This document shows positions 8,838 to 15,847 of a stretch of DNA of 64,000 nucleotides, piece after piece (within the stretch, counting starts at the first letter, position 1; each line of letters starts with the position of its first letter). The position numbers and the translations under genes are program-made. Location of the stretch: the IMG/VR virus record IMGVR_UViG_3300019458_000021, positions 1-64,000 of that record, one strand, 5' to 3'. Under the pieces are notes generated by a model. It searched no databases, was not told the origin of the DNA, and saw nothing but the letters and a program-made list of their open reading frames with translations.

Positions 8838-8912
8838 TGGCGCCCTGTATCCGAATCGGACGGCTCTTCAACGTTCGAAGCGTTGCGTGCATTCCATTAC
8901 ACCTTACAGGGC
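8838..8912 (-). tRNA. tRNA-Arg(TCG)
   Basis: CAACG-CTTCGAA-CGTTG; T loop TCCGATT; CCA. Confidence 0.85.
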
Positions 8913-8959
8913 AGTGTACTATCTTTATATCTTCGTTCCACCTTAGGGAACTACCTTTG

Positions 8960-9043
8960 TGGGCAAGGTGGGACTCGAACCCACACGATCACAGATCACA
9001 AGATTCTGAATCTTGCACGGCTACCAAATTACGTCACAAGCCC
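8960..9043 (-). tRNA. tRNA-Leu(CAG)
   Basis: Long variable arm, CAAGA-TTCAGAA-TCTTG, A73. Confidence 0.92.
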
Positions 9044-9092
9044 GTTTCGTTTCTTTATGAGCGTGTATACCGATTCCACCACAAGGCCAAAG

Positions 9093-9389
9093 TTAGTTAA
9101 TGCTGAGTAGTTGTTTTAGTCGATTTTCGTTAAACCCGTACACAATAGTGTTTCCAACAACAATCAGTGGAACACCATGCCCACCCAGTCGTTTGAATCT
9201 AGCTGCTGCATCGAAATCTTTTTCGATATCGTAGTCAAAGTAAACTATGTTATTTCGTCCGAAGAACACTCGCGCTTGACGGCAATACGGACACCGCGAT
9301 GTACCATACATCGTCACAGTTGGTTGACTGGATCCAATGCTAGGTACAATCAACGCCAACAATAATCCAAGAACGTCTCTTCGTTTCAT
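9093..9389 (-). CDS. Glutaredoxin-like protein with N-terminal signal-like segment
   Basis: CPYC motif, GVPLIVVG; RBS plus start duplicated (18-nt tandem repeat). Confidence 0.85.
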   Translation of the reverse strand: MKRRDVLGLLLALIVPSIGSSQPTVTMYGTSRCPYCRQARVFFGRNNIVYFDYDIEKDFDAAARFKRLGGHGVPLIVVGNTIVYGFNENRLKQLLSIN

Positions 9390-9416
9390 ACAGTCTCCTC
9401 GTTTCATACAGTCTCC

Positions 9417-9508
9417 TGGCGGAAGACCGAGCACTCGAAGCCCAAACCGCTCTCACGGTTCAATCTGATTTCGAATCAGCTCTGGCGCGCCTGTCCAGTT
9501 GATCTTCC
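9417..9508 (-). tRNA. tRNA-Ser(CGA)
   Basis: GGAAGAT/GTCTTCC-G-CCA, loop TT-CGA-AA, long variable arm. Confidence 0.9.
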
Positions 9509-9531
9509 CAGTGTATCTTTGCGTGACCAAT

Positions 9532-10080
9532 TTAGTCCCACAATGCTCGTAAGTATTTACCAAACAATTTCATTCCGTTGTCGATGCGTTGTTCTCGTTG
9601 TTCTCGTTTGTACTCATCTCGCTCATTGTACTCATCTCGCTCATTGCTAGGATGGATTTGTTCAAAAGCCCAAATCATCTCACTAAGAATGTAATCCCAT
9701 CGTTGGTGAAACAATTCGTCCGTGTCCCATGCATGTTCCACAGGAGGAGCCGCAGTCGACCGAAGATGTTCTGGTACATCCGCGTCATCCGTGAATGGTG
9801 ATCCATGTTTCACTTCTTGAAGCTTCTTCAACATTGGAAGAACAATATACGCCAATGTTGAATCCATTGACCACACGTCGTAGTTGTCAATGCGAACTTT
9901 GATGGTTCGTTTCTTTTTGCTCTCCAACCAGTCACACAAAGAACGGACCCAAGTGTTAGTGTTAGCCAACCAGTCACCAAGTTGATGACAACGATCTTCT
10001 GAAACGCCAACGTGTTGCAACAGATGTGCGAGCTGGTAAGGACCAACCCAACTACGATATTTCCCGATGTACACTTTCAC
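9532..10080 (-). CDS. Hypothetical phage protein
   Basis: GTG start after GGAGAAATAGAC; longer ORF call begins inside tRNA-Leu. Confidence 0.75.
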   Translation of the reverse strand: MKVYIGKYRSWVGPYQLAHLLQHVGVSEDRCHQLGDWLANTNTWVRSLCDWLESKKKRTIKVRIDNYDVWSMDSTLAYIVLPMLKKLQEVKHGSPFTDDADVPEHLRSTAAPPVEHAWDTDELFHQRWDYILSEMIWAFEQIHPSNERDEYNERDEYKREQREQRIDNGMKLFGKYLRALWD

Positions 10081-10098
10081 GTCTATTTCTCCTATGTT

Positions 10099-10184
10099 TG
10101 GTGGTCTCGGAGAGACTCGAACTCTCACACCTATCGGCACCACCCCCTCAAGATGGCGTGTCTACCAAATTTCACCACGAGACC
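10099..10184 (-). tRNA. tRNA-Leu(GAG)
   Basis: CCATC-TTGAGGG-GGTGG, long variable arm, CCA. Confidence 0.93.
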
Positions 10185-10386
10185 ATTCAATTCATTCCGA
10201 TCGTTCATGAACAACATACGCAATGCCCGACTCGACATATCCAGCCGGTTCATTTGTGTAATGTTAAATCATGTATTAACAATGTACTTGTAATCCATCT
10301 CGCTTTGAAGCATTCTTTCGTACAAAACGAGGCCCACCCCGTTCCGGCCGGTGTGAATCTCCAGGAAAGAGATTCGAGTACTGGCT

Positions 10387-10653
10387 CTATCTTCGAACAT
10401 TTGTCTCGGTGTCCAGCCAACCAACTGCCGTGGGCCCTACTTTCACGTATTGGGGTACTAAGTGTTGTTTCAGGTCTTCGTACAGGGTGAAAGCTCCCGC
10501 TGATGAAGTGTACAGCTTCTCCCAACCGTCTTCTCCGTAGACCCAAAGGTCGGCCCCACCGTAATAGCTCGTGATGAGCGCGGGCATCCCTTTGTAGGTC
10601 CCACACCAACCAGTGGTGCCGAACATCTTCACTTCTTTAGCCTCTGCCAGCAT
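10387..10653 (-). CDS. Hypothetical protein
   Basis: ORF track only. Confidence 0.5.
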   Translation of the reverse strand: MLAEAKEVKMFGTTGWCGTYKGMPALITSYYGGADLWVYGEDGWEKLYTSSAGAFTLYEDLKQHLVPQYVKVGPTAVGWLDTETNVRR

Positions 10654-10735
10654 CTTTAACCCGATGTTCTGCTTCGCCTAGTTTAGTTTTCATGAACTAT
10701 TTAGTAGTCTGAAAACTATGAACACCATTCGATAC

Positions 10736-10810
10736 TGGTGCCGGCTGTTGGTATCGAGCCAACCCCTCCACGTCTTCAGCGTGGCGCTAATCCATCTCAG
10801 CTAAACCGGC
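10736..10810 (-). tRNA. tRNA-Phe(GAA)
   Basis: CCACG-CTGAAGA-CGTGG, CCA. Confidence 0.92.
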
Positions 10811-10941
10811 TTTAATCAACGCTAATAGTTCCTTAGAACTTACCACAACCATTTTCCACTCACTCTTCAGCTATTCTCTTCTTGGGAATGTCATAATGAG
10901 CGAATCGACTTCTGTGAAACCAACAACGTTTAATGCCAAGA

Positions 10942-11112
10942 TTAGTCTGCTTGTTCACACTTCAATGTTGCGTTAGGATCATCTTCAAGAAGATCCTTAT
11001 GCTGCGCAATCGCAAGTGTGCATTCCTGTTGCGTTTCAAAGCGTAGTTGTGACGGTATTTCAATCGGACCACTGCATCCGTGAAACGTCATAATAACGAT
11101 TATCCAATACAT
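10942..11112 (-). CDS. Small hypothetical secreted or membrane protein (56 aa)
   Basis: Manual translation MYWIIVIMTFHGCSGP...; RBS GGAGG. Confidence 0.55.
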   Translation of the reverse strand: MYWIIVIMTFHGCSGPIEIPSQLRFETQQECTLAIAQHKDLLEDDPNATLKCEQAD

Positions 11113-11146
11113 TGTATTCCTCCTGTTGGATAACCCTATTTATTTC

Positions 11147-11617
11147 TCATCTCAGTACCATCAATACATAATCATAAGGATTGTGTCCTTGATAATCAAG
11201 TGCCTTGTGATGGTAGTCTAAAACGTCGAGCATTTCGGGTGTTATTTCATCAAGCGGAATTTCCTGAAAACCAACACTTCGATAGATCGATTCATGACCG
11301 GGCCGAGCATTAACATATACAGGCCGTTCCTTGTAACCATCAAACACGTGGTCCATTAACGTTTTTATATATCCTTGACCTTGATATCGAGGCCACGTAC
11401 GAACGTTGTCCATAAACACATATCCTCTTCCTCGCCCACGAAGTTTGAACAAACTTATTCGCGACACAATTGAATTGCCGTTGTACAAGTAGTATGTGTC
11501 CTGATCTTTCGTGATGCGAAACGAACCAGGCAACTTACGAAGCACTTGTTTGCCAGGCCGATTGCTGTGAAACATTCGGGCTGTGCCAGGCGTCCATGAG
11601 ATTTCGTTGAGTTTCAT
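11147..11617 (-). CDS. GNAT family acetyltransferase
   Basis: VRTWPRYQGQGY acetyl-CoA motif and YRSVGF; start moved to MKLNEI. Confidence 0.8.
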   Translation of the reverse strand: MKLNEISWTPGTARMFHSNRPGKQVLRKLPGSFRITKDQDTYYLYNGNSIVSRISLFKLRGRGRGYVFMDNVRTWPRYQGQGYIKTLMDHVFDGYKERPVYVNARPGHESIYRSVGFQEIPLDEITPEMLDVLDYHHKALDYQGHNPYDYVLMVLR

Positions 11618-11641
11618 AGTTAAGTATTTACGTGGTTTGTG

Positions 11642-11703
11642 TGTACAGGGGTGGAATTGAACCACCGACACGCACGCTGCTCTACCAACTGAGCTACCTG
11701 TAC
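11642..11703 (-). ncRNA. tRNA-like RNA lacking the anticodon arm
   Basis: GTACAGG/CCTGTAC acceptor, canonical D and T arms, only 12 nt between them. Confidence 0.75.
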
Positions 11704-11714
11704 AAAGAGCTTGA

Positions 11715-11809
11715 GTTATTGTGTACACGGAAGACGCTGGATTTGAACCAGCTATGTCTGATTTGTAGTCAGATTTTCAACCAATGAAGTAACCGTTGTA
11801 CTACGCAAC
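11715..11809 (-). ncRNA. Structured RNA motif copy B enclosing anticodon arm (ACA) and T arm
   Basis: GTTG-CGTA-GTACAACGG-TTACTTC ... CCGTGTAC-ACAA-TAAC. Confidence 0.7.
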
Positions 11810-11818
11810 AAGCTTCAG

Positions 11819-11907
11819 CGGAAGGTAGAGGTGTCGATCCCCCAGCAGTTCTTCACCGCTGTTCACTTGTTTTCAAGGCAAGCCTGTTCGCCGGAACAAT
11901 ACCTTCC
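11819..11907 (-). tRNA. tRNA-Ser(TGA)
   Basis: GGAAGGT/ACCTTCC-G, loop CT-TGA-AA, long variable arm. Confidence 0.88.
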
Positions 11908-11981
11908 GTGGCGTTCCCAACCGGATTCGAATCCGGTGTTTCAACCTTCCGTAATGGCGAGCTATTTCACCAAAACAGCTG

Positions 11982-12053
11982 TGAACGGTACGGGAATCGA
12001 ACCCGTCTCTTCGGCTTGAAGGGCCGAGGATCTCTCCAGAAATCCAACCGTTC
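11982..12053 (-). tRNA. tRNA-Glu(TTC)
   Basis: TCGGC-CCTTCAA-GCCGA; GAACGGT/ACCGTTC. Confidence 0.88.
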
Positions 12054-12639
12054 AATGTTTTTTGCTGTTTCGTCCAGCATATGTTGCTGTCTGTGAATGA
12101 CAGTTTGGACAAAGAAATTCCAAATTTTGCAGACGATTGTCATTATTCACACCATTTTTGTGTTCAAGCTGCAAAGTTAACGTTTCTCCCTGCCATATAC
12201 CACCATTTTCGCACTTTGCACACTTATAATCAAGTCTACATTCTTCAACGAGACGCTTTTTCAGATCTTTTCGATCATACGTTGAGTTTTTGGTAAGAAT
12301 ATCCTTCAACGCTATTTTTCGCAAGCGTTTGCTCAATCGTTTCCTTTCATAACCAGCACTGTACGGATCAAAATGATCAGTCGAAATGTTATGTTTAAAT
12401 AATCGTGCTTGAAGAATTTTGTATGATGCTCCTGAAACGCTCATACCCATTCGCCGAACAACTTCTGCGCGCGACTTTGATCGTTGAACAGCTTGTTTCA
12501 ACAACTCGGTGTTATCAAACACGCTTGTCTGTTGTCGCTTATGTGGTGCAAAGTGTTCGGTTGAAATTTTGTGTTGTTTGATTGCAGTTAACAATCTTTC
12601 CCGCGTCATTCCACCATTTTTATAGCCAAGATTTGCCAA
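12052..12639 (-). CDS. HNH endonuclease
   Basis: YKCAKC...LQLEHKNGVNNDNRLQNLEFLCPNCHSQT; start uncertain. Confidence 0.9.
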   Translation of the reverse strand: MANLGYKNGGMTRERLLTAIKQHKISTEHFAPHKRQQTSVFDNTELLKQAVQRSKSRAEVVRRMGMSVSGASYKILQARLFKHNISTDHFDPYSAGYERKRLSKRLRKIALKDILTKNSTYDRKDLKKRLVEECRLDYKCAKCENGGIWQGETLTLQLEHKNGVNNDNRLQNLEFLCPNCHSQTATYAGRNSKKH

Positions 12640-12771
12640 CGCCTGTTTTAGATTTGTTGCTGTAGATATCGCTCGTTCTAATATTTCTTTCAGGAGGACT
12701 TATATGGATTGGGACAATATAGTATTTATAGGACACCATCAGGGGCATACCAATAGACGAACACTACATAA

Positions 12772-12846
12772 TGGTCTCCGTACAAGAACTTGAATCTTGT
12801 CCACAACGCCCCAAACGTTGTACGCTAACCCTCACGCTCTACGGAG
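12772..12846 (-). tRNA. tRNA-Pro(TGG)
   Basis: CAACG-TTTGGGG-CGTTG, C1-G72, CCA. Confidence 0.88.
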
Positions 12847-12946
12847 AAATTTGTAGCACGACAAAACCACCTCTGTGTGCGTGGCTGTGGGACGCTACTT
12901 TGTCTTATAAACGCTTGGCGGATGACTGTTAGGAACATCAATCGAG

Positions 12947-13092
12947 ATTAAACGTGCAGAGAACATGCGGTTTCCCGCTCGGGTTATGAGCCCGCTTGGC
13001 CCCACGGCCGATTCGCCACAAAAAACACCTCGATGCTCTTTGTGGCGAATTTTAGAGTCGAACTAAATGAAGTAACTCTACTACTGCGCAAC
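12947..13092 (-). ncRNA. Structured RNA motif copy C enclosing a circularly permuted tRNA-Met(CAT)
   Basis: T arm plus ATTCGCC precedes GGCGAAT plus D arm plus CGGG-CTCATAA-CCCG; closed by GTAGTAGAG/TTCTCTGC. Confidence 0.75.
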
Positions 13093-13095
13093 GAT

Positions 13096-13172
13096 TGGTC
13101 TTGGTGACAGGAGTCGAACCTGCGTGGTCTCCGCCCCAAACGGAGTGACTAACCAGACTAGCCTACACCAAG
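13096..13172 (-). tRNA. tRNA-Pro(TGG), second copy
   Basis: CTCCG...loop TT-TGG-GG; CTTGGTG/CACCAAG-A-CCA. Confidence 0.9.
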
Positions 13173-13934
13173 AATGTCTTTTGCATAGCCTACACGACGC
13201 AATTGCGTGAGGTCAGCTTGTGTATATGTTTGGTATTTTCCTTTGATGTGTTCTGGCATCGGAAAATACTCAATTGCATTGCTCGAATCTTGCGTGATGA
13301 TTCGCGCTAATTCGTTAAATGATATTGCCACACCTGTTCCAACATCGTAGATTCCGCCAATAGGATTGGCGAGAAAGGACATGATAACATTCACGACATC
13401 TTCGACATGAATGAAATCTCGTTGTTGTTCACCGCTCTCAAACAGTCTGACTTTACCAGTTGTTTTGTATTGCTCACACAGTTGATGTATCATCGACGCC
13501 ATACGTCCTTTGCAATGCTCACCAGGACCGTACACGTTGAAATATCGTAGTCCAACGACGTGTGGCAGTTTAGTCGCTCGAACAAGGTCGTCGAACATCA
13601 GCTTTGACCATCCGTAAAGATTCAACGGATGTTCCTGTCCTGGTGTGTTACCGTACACAGCGGCCGACGATGCATAGATCAAAGGAATGTTCTGACAGTA
13701 CTCTAACACACGCTTAGAGTAGTCATAGTTTAACTCCATCATGCGCGATACGTCTGTTTCGGTTGTGTCTGCACACGCGCCTTGATGAATGACAGCCTCA
13801 ACATCAGTAAGTTCAAACAACGTGTTTCGGTTGTCGATATCGATCGATACTACTTGACGTCCTCGCGTCTGCAGTGTTTTTACAACATGACTTCCAATAA
13901 AACCATGAGCACCTGTCACAACAATCATTTCCAT
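13158..13934 (-). CDS. hldD: ADP-L-glycero-D-manno-heptose 6-epimerase-like NAD-dependent epimerase (C-terminally shortened)
   Basis: GAHGFIG, HQGACADTTE, YASSAAVYG, PLNLYGWSK, GLRYFNVYGP, YTQADL. Confidence 0.85.
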   Translation of the reverse strand: MEMIVVTGAHGFIGSHVVKTLQTRGRQVVSIDIDNRNTLFELTDVEAVIHQGACADTTETDVSRMMELNYDYSKRVLEYCQNIPLIYASSAAVYGNTPGQEHPLNLYGWSKLMFDDLVRATKLPHVVGLRYFNVYGPGEHCKGRMASMIHQLCEQYKTTGKVRLFESGEQQRDFIHVEDVVNVIMSFLANPIGGIYDVGTGVAISFNELARIITQDSSNAIEYFPMPEHIKGKYQTYTQADLTQLRRVGYAKDILGVG

Positions 13935-13973
13935 CTCTTATAAGTGATACATTACTTATAAGATGAAACAGGG

Positions 13974-14137
13974 TGCGGATGAACAGGATTTGAACCTGCA
14001 TAAGATATACAGACACCTTTCTTTCGGAACTCTTGTCGAAGGGCCTCTCGAGCGGTTATCCCTCAACTCACCGACTTAGTCGCATATCCACCTCTCTCCC
14101 GCTAGTGGGAAGCCGTCTTCATTTGCGCCACATCCGA
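13974..14137 (-). ncRNA. tRNA-like RNA with about 115-nt structured domain replacing the anticodon arm
   Basis: TCGGATG/CATCCGC acceptor, GCAGG-TTCAAAT-CCTGT T arm, internal GATATGC/GTATATC helix. Confidence 0.65.
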
Positions 14138-14142
14138 TAATA

Positions 14143-14219
14143 TGGTCAGGGTGAGAAGACTCGAACTTCCAACCTCCTGTCTCCAAAACAGGCCGTCTAC
14201 CAATTGACATTACACCCTG
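14143..14219 (-). tRNA. tRNA-Pro(TGG), third copy
   Basis: CCTGT-TTTGGAG-ACAGG; CAGGGTG/CACCCTG-A-CCA. Confidence 0.93.
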
Positions 14220-14226
14220 ATATTAG

Positions 14227-14291
14227 CGGCGAAGGAGGGATTCCAACCCCCGTTAGCCCCGCGGGGCTGTTCTCCATTAAACTACCTCGCC
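14227..14291 (-). ncRNA. tRNA-like RNA with anticodon loop collapsed to a tetraloop
   Basis: GGCGAGG/CTTCGCC; AGCCC-CGCG-GGGCT; T loop TTGGAAT. Confidence 0.7.
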
Positions 14292-14302
14292 AATCAAGCT
14301 GA

Positions 14303-14377
14303 GTTAAGATCGCAGACAGCAACAAAGTTCCACCAGGATTCTAGGGCGAAAGTGAAGTAACTGTCTTACTGCGCAAC
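14303..14377 (-). ncRNA. Structured RNA motif copy D
   Basis: GTTG-CGCA-GTAAGACAG-TTACTTC ... CTGTCTGC-GATCT-TAAC. Confidence 0.7.
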
Positions 14378-14381
14378 AACT

Positions 14382-14468
14382 TGGTGCCCTTGACAGGAGT
14401 CGAACCTGCACCCACTTATGTGGCCGATGCTCTCAACGTCGTGCGTTTACCAATTACACCACAAGGGC
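14382..14468 (-). tRNA. tRNA-Leu(GAG), second copy
   Basis: Loop TT-GAG-AG, long variable arm, CCA. Confidence 0.88.
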
Positions 14469-14492
14469 ATTATTTCTGTTTGATCATAGCGA

Positions 14493-14708
14493 TCAATTCA
14501 ATTCACCATTTACGGTATTGGATTCGCTCATTCTGTACAAGATGTTCACAGCTTCATGAAGTCCGTCCACAAAAGCGATTTGTTCTCCGATTAAACGAAT
14601 CTTTTCTTCTGGAGAAGAGTCTTCATTAAAGATTCGTTCGTCACGACGATTGTTAAAATAACACTTCTCCCTTGCATTCCCATCTGCTTGTTCGTCCCAC
14701 TTATTCAT
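14493..14708 (-). CDS. Hypothetical protein
   Basis: ORF track; RBS GGAG. Confidence 0.6.
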   Translation of the reverse strand: MNKWDEQADGNAREKCYFNNRRDERIFNEDSSPEEKIRLIGEQIAFVDGLHEAVNILYRMSESNTVNGELN

Positions 14709-14717
14709 GTCATCTCC

Positions 14718-14792
14718 TGGTAGTGGATGGCGGTTACGATCCGCCTACTCAACCTTATGAGGGTCACGTGATAGCCAGTTCACCAATCCACC
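14718..14792 (-). tRNA. tRNA with CAT anticodon (Met or Ile2)
   Basis: TGACC-CTCATAA-GGTTG, A73, CCA. Confidence 0.85.
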
Positions 14793-14826
14793 GTAGAAAG
14801 TTTGCCCAGTCGCTACATTGAATTCG

Positions 14827-14910
14827 TGGTGGATGACCTAGGATTCGAACCTAGCGTCCAGAGGACACGGGGTTACAGCCCGCTGCAGTCGCCAATGCTA
14901 CTCGTCATCC
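14827..14910 (-). tRNA. tRNA-Tyr(GTA)
   Basis: Loop CT-GTA-AC, variable arm, CCA. Confidence 0.92.
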
Positions 14911-15077
14911 ATTCCCCATTCTGCAACCGAATAAAGGCATCCGTAGATGTTGTTCCCTACTCTTCGCTCCGCCGGTGGGGTTCGGCCAAATTGGCCCGTG
15001 CATTTGTTAGACTTCCCGAGTTGTGGAAGTCACCAGCTCCTTGTTGGCTGGAAGATCACGGTATCTCTTACTTAATA

Positions 15078-15152
15078 TGGCGGAACGTACGGGAGTCGAA
15101 CCCGTCTCTCCTGATAGACAGTCAGGAATAATCGCCGATATACCAACGCTCC
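15078..15152 (-). tRNA. tRNA-Asp(GTC)
   Basis: CCTGA-CTGTCTA-TCAGG, G73, CCA. Confidence 0.93.
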
Positions 15153-15208
15153 ATATTTCTTTGGCACCGGCGGGGCTGTCCACCACAAACAGCCCCGCCC
15201 CAATCTTC

Positions 15209-15282
15209 TGGTATCCCGAAAAAGAATCGAACCTTCTTTTTCCAACCTTCGCAGGGTTAGTTCTGTATCCATCAGCCGAGAC
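15209..15282 (-). tRNA. tRNA-Arg(GCG), rare anticodon
   Basis: TAACC-CTGCGAA-GGTTG; GU-rich acceptor and T stems; CCA. Confidence 0.7.
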
Positions 15283-15284
15283 AT

Positions 15285-15377
15285 TGGAGGAAGATGTGGG
15301 ATTCGAACCCACGGAGCATCTTGACGACGCTCAACACCTTAGGAGGGTGCCGACATAATCCACTCATCCAATCTTCC
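15285..15377 (-). tRNA. Class II (Ser-like) tRNA with Arg anticodon CCT
   Basis: GGAAGAT/ATCTTCC-T-CCA, GCACC-CTCCTAA-GGTGT, 7-bp variable arm. Confidence 0.8.
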
Positions 15378-15515
15378 ATAAAAATCTTCAACCCATCGAG
15401 CTTTGTGGCTCTCTCGAATCTTTCCGTTGCGATTTGTTCGAAACGTTACACTCCCAACAGTTTCCAGTTTCTCGATTTGGAACAAACAGAATGTCATGTG
15501 TTGATGCGTTCTTAG

Positions 15516-15590
15516 GGGTGATCGACGAGATTCGAACTCGCCCTACGACTTTCACAGAGTCGGATGCTAACCGCTACATTACAATCACCC
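15516..15590 (-). tRNA. tRNA-His(GTG) with encoded G-1
   Basis: CGACT-CTGTGAA-AGTCG; G-1:C73. Confidence 0.92.
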
Positions 15591-15810
15591 CTAAGAACAC
15601 TACAAGGATTTCTCCTGTAGTGTTCTTCTAGAATACTTTCGTACTCCACCGTAGGCATTCCCTACGGTGATGATTCTTACTCATGCGTTTTCGCCGCACT
15701 TTCATCCTCACCGCCGACCATTCCTGTATGTTTATCGTCCACAGTCGGATCTCGTTTCCAATCTGGACGTTACGTCTAATCCTGCATGCCGCCTTAAAAT
15801 TGAACTTACC

Positions 15811-15847
15811 AAAAAGGAAGGGCTCTGGATTTCTCGCAGAGCCCTTC
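15811..15847 (-). terminator. Intrinsic terminator with a competing upstream helix
   Basis: GAAGGGCTCTG/CAGAGCCCTTC followed by CTTTTT. Confidence 0.75.

Noticed and set aside
12853-12904. HDV-like theta ribozyme
   Set aside because: No P1.1/P4/J4-2 segment with the catalytic C between the two 3' strands.
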